Made by a program: the position numbers and the translations under genes
From: Auanema rhodensis
Taxonomy: Eukaryota; Animalia; Nematoda
Direction: 5' to 3'
DNA length: 64,000 bases
Assembly (NCBI GenBank): GCA_964057225.1
Contig: OZ059900.1
Location: forward strand, 25,358,001-25,422,000
Shown: piece after piece, positions 56,068 through 64,000 of the stretch
How the letters are laid out: every line of letters begins with the position of its first letter
How positions within the stretch are numbered: the stretch's first letter is position 1
The notes under the pieces: model-generated
What the model was told of the DNA's origin: nothing
What the model saw: only the letters and a program-made list of their open reading frames with translations
The model's database searches: none

Positions 56068-59000
56068 TGGAACTAGACGTTGTACGAACAATTTTGAGCT
56101 AGGTTTCATTTACATTGCATGAGTTTGAACACATGAAATCGTAAGTCAAAACCTTGTTTACTGCGAAATTTCCAAAAACTGGTTTTCCAGCATAATACAA
56201 TATTTCTCATGGGAAATACTGTGTTTTTGTATTTTTCTAGTGTTCAGCATGTGAAATGCTTAATTTTAGTATGTAACACGCTGAAATTTGTTGCATTTGA
56301 CGACTCATATGAACAAAAATCGATTTAATCAATATTAGCCATAAGGGGCGTGCCCTCAGAATATGCTAATTTCCTTAATTTTCTAACCCCTGTTTTTTTG
56401 TCGTGAAAGTGGAACTAGACGTTGTACGAACAATTTTGAGCTAGGTTTCATTGACATTGCATGAGTTTGAACACATGAAATCGTAAGTCAAAACCTTGTT
56501 TACAGCGAAATTTCCAAAAACTGGTTTTCCAGCATAATAAAATATTTCTCATGGGAAATACTGTGTTTTTGTATTTTTCTAGTGTTCAGCATGTAAAATG
56601 CTTCATTTTAGTATGTAACACGCTGAAATTCGTTGCATTTGACGACTCATATGAACAAAAATCGATTTAATCAATATTAGCCATAAGGGGCGTGCCCTCA
56701 GAATATGCTAATTTCCTTAATTTTCTAACCCCTGTTTTTTTGTCGTGAAAGTGGAACTAGACGTTGTACGAACAATTTTGAGCTAGGTTTCATTGACATT
56801 GCATGAGTTTGAACACATGAAATCGTAAGTCAAAACCTTGTTTACAGCGAAATTTCCAAAAACTGGTTTTCCAGCATAATAAAATATTTCTCAAGGGAAA
56901 AACTGTGTTTTTATATTTTTCTAGTGTTCAGCATGTGAAATGCTTAATTTTAGTATGTAACACGCTGAAATTTGTTGCATTTGACGACTCATATGAACAA
57001 AAATCGATTTAATCAATATTAGCCATAAGGGGCGTGCCCTCAGAATATGCTAATTTCCTTAGTTTTCTAACCCCTGTTTTTTTGTCGTGAAAGTGGAACT
57101 AGACGTTGTACGAACAATTTTGAGCTAGGTTTCATTGACATTGCATGAGTTTGAACACATGAAATCGTAAGTCAAAACCTTGTTTACAGCGAAATTTCCA
57201 AAAACTGGTTTTCCAGCATAATAAAATATTTCTCATGGGAAATACTGTGTTTTTGTATTTTTCTAGTGTTCAGCATGTAAAATGGTTCATTTTAGTATGT
57301 AACACGCTGAAATTCGTTGCATTTGACGACTCATATGAACAAAAATCGATTTAATCAATATTAGCCATAAGGGGCGTGCCCTCAGAATATGCTAATTTCC
57401 TTAATTTTCTAACCCCTGTTTTTTTGTCGTGAAAGTGGAACTAGACGTTTTACGAACAATTTTGAGCTAGGTTTCATTGACATTGCATGAGTTTGAACAC
57501 ATGAAATCGTAAGTCAAAACCTTGTTTACAGCGAAATTTCCAAAAACTGGTTTTCCAGCATAATAAAATATTTCTCATGGGAAAAACTGTGTTTTTGTAT
57601 TTTTCTAGTGTTCAGCATGTAAAATGCTTCATTTTAGTATGTAACACACTGAAATTTGTTGCATTTGACGACTCATATGAACAAAAATCGATTTAATCAA
57701 TATTAGCCATAAGGGGCGTGCCCTCAGAATATGCTAATTTCCTTAATTTTCTAACCCCTGTTTTTTTGTCGTGAAAGTGGAACTAGACGTTGTACGAACA
57801 ATTTTGAGCTAGGTTTCATTGACATTGCATCAGTTTGAACACATGAAATCGTAAGTCAAAACCTTGTTTACAGCGAAATTTCCAAAAACTGGTTTTCCAG
57901 CATAATAAAATATTTCTCATTTGAAATACTGTGTTTTTGTATTTTTCTAGTGTTCAGCATGTAAAATGCTTCATTTTAGTATGTAACACGCTGAAATTCG
58001 TTGCATTTGACGACTCATATGAACAAAAATCGATTTAATCAATATTAGCCATAAGGGGCGTGCCCTCAGAATATGCTAATTTCCTTAATTTTCTAACCCC
58101 TGTTTTTTTGTCGTGAAAGTGGAACTAGACGTTGTACGAACAATTTTGAGCTAGGTTTCATTGACATTGCATGAGTTTGAACACATGAAATCGTAAGTCA
58201 AAACCTTGTTTACAGCGAAATTTCCAAAAACTGGTTTTCCAGCATAATAAAATATTTCTCATGGGAAATACTGTGTTTTTGTATTTTTCTAGTGTTCAGC
58301 ATGTGAAATGCTTAATTTTAGTATGTAACACGCTGAAATTTGTTGCATTTGACGACTCATATGAACAAAAATCGATTTAATCAATATTAGCCATAAGGGG
58401 CGTGCCCTCAGAATATGCTAATTTCCTTAATTTTCTAACCCCTGTTTTTTGTCGTGAGAGTGGAACTAGACGTTGTACGAACAATTTTGAGCTAGGTTTC
58501 ATTGACATTGCATGAGTTTGAACACATGAAATCGTAAGTCAAAACCTTGTTTACAGCGAAATTTCCAAAAACTGGTTTTCCAGCATAATAAAATATTTCT
58601 CATGGGAAATACTGTGTTTTTGTATTTTTCTAGTGTTCAGCATGTAAAATGCTTCATTTTAGTATGTAACACGCTGAAATTCGTTGCATTTGACGACTCA
58701 TATGAACAAAAATCGATTTAATCAATATTAGCCATAAGGGGCGTGCCCTCAGAATATGCTAATTTCCTTAATTTTCTAACCCCTGTTTTTTTGTCGTGAA
58801 AGTGGAACTAGACGTTGTACGAACAATTTTGAGCTAGGTTTCATTGACATTGCATGAGTTTGAACACATGAAATCGTAAGTCAAAACCTTGTTTACAGCG
58901 AAATTTCCAAAAACTGGTTTTCCAGCATAATAAAATATTTCTCAAGGGAAAAACTGTGTTTTTATATTTTTCTAGTGTTCAGCATGTGAAATGCTTAATT

Positions 59001-60170
59001 TTAGTATGTAACACGCTGAAATTTGTTGCATTTGACGACTCATATGAACAAAAATCGATTTAATCAATATTAGCCATAAGGGGCGTGCCCTCAGAATATG
59101 CTAATTTCCTTAGTTTTCTAACCCCTGTTTTTTTGTCGTGAAAGTGGAACTAGACGTTGTACGAACAATTTTGAGCTAGGTTTCATTGACATTGCATGAG
59201 TTTGAACACATGAAATCGTAAGTCAAAACCTTGTTTACTGCGAAATTTCCAAAAACTGGTTTTCCAGCATAATACAATATTTCTCATGGGAAATACTGTG
59301 TTTTTGTATTTTTCTAGTGTTCAGCATGTGAAATGCTTAATTTTAGTATGTAACACGCTGAAATTTGTTGCATTTGACGACTCATATGAACAAAAATCGA
59401 TTTAATCAATATTAGCCATAAGGGGCGTGCCCTCAGAATATGCTAATTTCCTTAATTTTCTAACCCCTGTTTTTTTGTCGTGAAAGTGGAACTAGACGTT
59501 GTACGAACAATTTTGAGCTAGGTTTCATTGACATTGCATGAGTTTGAACACATGAAATCGTAAGTCAAAACCTTGTTTACAGCGAAATTTCCAAAAACTG
59601 GTTTTCCAGCATAATAAAATATTTCTCATGGGAAATACTGTGTTTTTGTATTTTTCTAGTGTTCAGCATGTAAAATGCTTCATTTTAGTATGTAACACGC
59701 TGAAATTCGTTGCATTTGACGACTCATATGAACAAAAATCGATTTAATCAATATTAGCCATAAGGGGCGTGCCCTCAGAATATGCTAATTTCCTTAATTT
59801 TCTAACCCCTGTTTTTTTGTCGTGAAAGTGGAACTAGACGTTGTACGAACAATTTTGAGCTAGGTTTCATTGACATTGCATGAGTTTGAACACATGAAAT
59901 CGTAAGTCAAAACCTTGTTTACAGCGAAATTTCCAAAAACTGGTTTTCCAGCATAATAAAATATTTCTCAAGGGAAAAACTGTGTTTTTATATTTTTCTA
60001 GTGTTCAGCATGTGAAATGCTTAATTTTAGTATGTAACACGCTGAAATTTGTTGCATTTGACGACTCATATGAACAAAAATCGATTTAATCAATATTAGC
60101 CATAAGGGGCGTGCCCTCAGAATATGCTAATTTCCTTAGTTTTCTAACCCCTGTTTTTTTGTCGTGAAAG
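56068..60170 (+). repeat. 12-monomer block, copy 2 (of 34191-38293)
   Basis: Matches copy 1; I saw only two differences, G at 57285 and G at 58458. Confidence 0.88.
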
Positions 60171-63100
60171 TGGAACTAGACGTTGTACGAACAATTTTGA
60201 GCTAGGTTTCATTGACATTGCATGAGTTTGAACACATGAAATCGTAAGTCAAAACCTTGTTTACAGCGAAATTTCCAAAAACTGGTTTTCCAGCATAATA
60301 AAATATTTCTCATGGGAAATACTGTGTTTTTGTATTTTTCTAGTGTTCAGCATGTAAAATGCTTCATTTTAGTATGTAACACGCTGAAATTCGTTGCATT
60401 TGACGACTCATATGAACAAAAATCGATTTAATCAATATTAGCCATAAGGGGCGTGCCCTCAGAATATGCTAATTTCCTTAATTTTCTAACCCCTGTTTTT
60501 TTGTCGTGAAAGTGGAACTAGACGTTCTACGAACAATTTTGAGCTATGTTTCATTGACATTGCATGAGTTTGAACACATGAAATCGTAAGTCAAAACCTT
60601 GTTTACAGCGAAATTTCCAAAAACTGGTTTTCCAGCATAATAAAATATTTCTCATGGGAAAAACTGTGTTTTTGTATTTTTCTAGTGTTCAGCATGTAAA
60701 ATGCTTCATTTTAGTATGTAACACACTGAAATTTGTTGCATTTGACGACTCATATGAACAAAAATCGATTTAATCAATATTAGCCATAAGGGGCGTGCCC
60801 TCAGAATATGCTAATTTCCTTAATTTTCTAACCCCTGTTTTTTTGTCGTGAAAGTGGAACTAGACGTTGTACGAACAATTTTGAGCTAGGTTTCATTGAC
60901 ATTGCATCAGTTTGAACACATGAAATCGTAAGTCAAAACCTTGTTTACAGCGAAATTTCCAAAAACTGGTTTTCCAGCATAATAAAATCTTTCTCATTTG
61001 AAATACTGTGTTTTTGTATTTTTCTAGTGTTCAGCATGTAAAATGCTTCATTTTAGTATGTAACACGCTGAAATTCGTTGCATTTGACGACTCATATGAA
61101 CAAAAATCGATTTAATCAATATTAGCCATAAGGGGCGTGCCCTCAGAATATGCTAATTTCCTTAATTTTCTAACCCCTGTTTTTTTGTCGTGAAAGTGGA
61201 ACTAGACGTTGTACGAACAATTTTGAGCTAGGTTTCATTGACATTGCATGAGTTTGAACACATGAAATCGTAAGTCAAAACCTTGTTTACAGCGAAATTT
61301 CCAAAAACTGGTTTTCCAGCATAATAAAATATTTCTCATGGGAAATACTGTGTTTTTGTATTTTTCTAGTGTTCAGCATGTAAAATGCTTCATTTTAGTA
61401 TGTAACACGCTGAAATTCGTTGCATTTGACGACTCATATGAACAAAAATCGATTTAATCAATATTAGCCATAAGGGGCGTGCCCTCAGAATATGCTAATT
61501 TCCTTAATTTTCTAACCCCTGTTTTTTTGTCGTGAAAGTGGAACTAGACGTTGTACGAACAATTTTGAGCTAGGTATCATTGACATTGCATGAGTTTGAA
61601 CACATGAAATCGTAAGTCAAAACCTTGTTTACAGCGAAATTTCCAAAAACTGGTTTTCCAGCATAATAAAATATTTCTCATGGGAAATACTGTGTTTTTG
61701 TATTTTTCTAGTGTTCAGCATGTAAGATGCTTTATTTTAGTATGTAACACGCTGAAATTCGTTGCATTTGACGACTCATATGAACAAAAATCGATTTAAT
61801 CAATATTAGCCATAAGGGGCGTGCCCTCAGAATATGCTAATTTCCTTAGTTTTCTAACCCCTGTTTTTTTGTCGTGAAAGTGGAACTAGACGTTGTACGA
61901 ACAATTTTGAGCTAGGTTTCATTGACATTGCATGAGTTTGAACACATGAAATCGTAAGTCAAAACCTTGTTTACAGCGAAATTTCCAAAAACTGGTTTTC
62001 CAGCATAATAAAATATTTCTCATGGGAAATACTGTGTTTTTGTATTTTTCTAGTGTTCAGCATGTAAAATGCTTCATTTTAGTATGTAACACGCTGAAAT
62101 TCGTTGCATTTGACGACTCATATGAACAAAAATCGATTTAATCAATATTAGCCATAAGGGGCGTGCCCTCAGAATATGCTAATTTCCTTAATTTTCTAAC
62201 CCCTGTTTTTTTGTCGTGAAAGTGGAACTAGACGTTCTACGAACAATTTTGAGCTAGGTTTCATTGACATTGCATGAGTTTGAACACATGAAATCGTAAG
62301 TCAAAACCTTGTTTACAGCGAAATTTCCAAAAACTGGTTTTCCAGCATAATAAAATATTTCTCATGGGAAATACTGTGTTTTTGTATTTTTCTAGTGTTC
62401 AGCATGTAAGATGCTTTATTTTAGTATGTAACACGCTGAAATTCGTTGCATTTGACGACTCATATGAACAAAAATCGATTTAATCAATATTAGCCATAAG
62501 GGGCGTGCCCTCAGAATATGCTAATTTCCTTAATTTTCTAACCCCTGTTTTTTTGTCGTGAAAGTGGAACTAGACGTTGTACGAACAATTTTGAGCTAGG
62601 TTTCATTGACATTGCATGAGTTTGAACACATGAAATCGTAAGTCAAAACCTTGTTTACAGCGAAATTTCCAAAAACTGGTTTTCCAGCATAATAAAATAT
62701 TTCTCATGGGAAATACTGTGTTTTTGTATTTTCCTAGTGTTCAGCATGTAAAATGTTTCATTTTAGTATGTAACACGCTGAAATTCGTTGCATTTGACGA
62801 CTCATATGAACAAAAATCGATTTAATCAATATTAGCCATAAGGGGCGTGCCCTCAGAATATGCTAATTTCCTTAATTTTCTAACCCCTGTTTTTTTGTCG
62901 TGAAAGTGGAACTAGACGTTGTACGAACAATTTTGAGCTAGGTATCATTGACATTGCATGAGTTTGAACACATGAAATCGTAAGTCAAAACCTTGTTTAC
63001 AGCGAAATTTCCAAAAACTGGTTTTCCAGCATAATAAAATATTTCTCATGGGAAATACTGTGTTTTTGTATTTTTCTAGTGTTCAGCATGTAAGATGCTT

Positions 63101-64000
63101 TATTTTAGTATGTAACACGCTGAAATTCGTTGCATTTGACGACTCATATGAACAAAAATCGATTTAATCAATATTAGCCATAAGGGGCGTGCCCTCAGAA
63201 TATGCTAATTTCCTTAATTTTCTAACCCCTGTTTTTTTGTCGTGAAAGTGGAACTAGACGTTGTACGAACAATTTTGAGCTAGGTTTCATTGACATTGCA
63301 TCAGTTTGAACACATGAAATCGTAAGTCAAAACCTTGTTTACAGCGAAATTTCCAAAAACTGGTTTTCCAGCATAATAAAATATTTCTCATGGGAAATAC
63401 TGTGTTTTTGTATTTTTCTAGTGTTCAGCATGTGAAATGCTTCATTTTAGTATGTAACACGCTGAAATTCGTTGCATTTGACGACTCATATGAACAAAAA
63501 TCGATTTAATCAATATTAGCCATAAGGGGCGTGCCCTCAGAATATGCCAATTTCCTTAATTTTCTAACCCCTGTTTTTTTGTCGTGAAAGTGGAACTAGA
63601 CGTTGTACGAACAATTTTGAGCTAGGTTTCATTGACATTGCATCAGTTTGAACACATGAAATCGTAAGTCAAAACCTTGTTTACAGCGAAATTTCCAAAA
63701 ACTGGTTTTGCAGCATAATAAAATATTTCTCATGGGAAATACTGTGTTTTTGTACTTTTCTAGTGTTCAGCATGTGAAATGCTTCATTTTAGTATGTAAC
63801 ACGCTGAAATTCGTTGCATTTGACGACTCATATGAACAAAAATCGATTTAATCAATATTAGCCATAAGGGGCGTGCCCTCAGAATATGCCAATTTCCTTA
63901 ATTTTCTAACCCCTGTTTTTTTGTCGTGAAAGTGGAACTAGACGTTGTACGAACAATTTTGAGCTAGGTTTCATTGACATTGCATGAGTTTGAACACATG

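Larger units (their letters stand above)
1..64000. repeat. Tandem satellite DNA array, 342-bp monomer, 187 complete copies plus a partial copy, continuing beyond both window edges (probable centromeric/pericentromeric heterochromatin)
   Basis: TGGAACTAGACGTTGTACG, or a close variant, recurs at 1, 343, 685, 1027, 1369 ... 63591, 63933. Monomers are 337-344 bp, differ from consensus at only a few positions, and are all in the same orientation. The centromeric role is inference only. Confidence 0.98.

Noticed and set aside
1-64000. CRISPR array or other repeat-spacer system
   Set aside because: There are no unique spacers: the entire 342-bp unit repeats, and no cas or other genes are present.

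Overview
The whole 64-kb window is one uninterrupted head-to-tail tandem array (satellite DNA) of a 342-bp AT-rich monomer, about 34% GC by my hand count. It holds 187 complete monomers plus a 68-bp partial one, all in one orientation, with no insertion, inversion or unique sequence that I could see. There are no credible genes: every ORF in the track is the same monomer-internal frame, opened by point variants that remove one TAA. The information lies in the monomer variants, which record a layered history. A 5-monomer higher-order repeat (HOR, 1709 bp) with 3-, 4-, 8- and 11-monomer derivatives occupies about 3.4-25.6 kb, followed by a transition zone with T-tract slippage. A second variant family covers about 28.7-38.3 kb, and a near-consensus domain with emerging 3/4-mer HORs covers about 38.3-56 kb. 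A 12-monomer block reappears 21,877 bp downstream. The monomer is rich in dyad symmetries, has roughly helically spaced A/T tracts and shows no CpG depletion. This resembles eukaryotic centromeric or pericentromeric satellite; I do not recognise the family or species. I found no evidence for a novel protein-coding system. All variant typing was done by eye.
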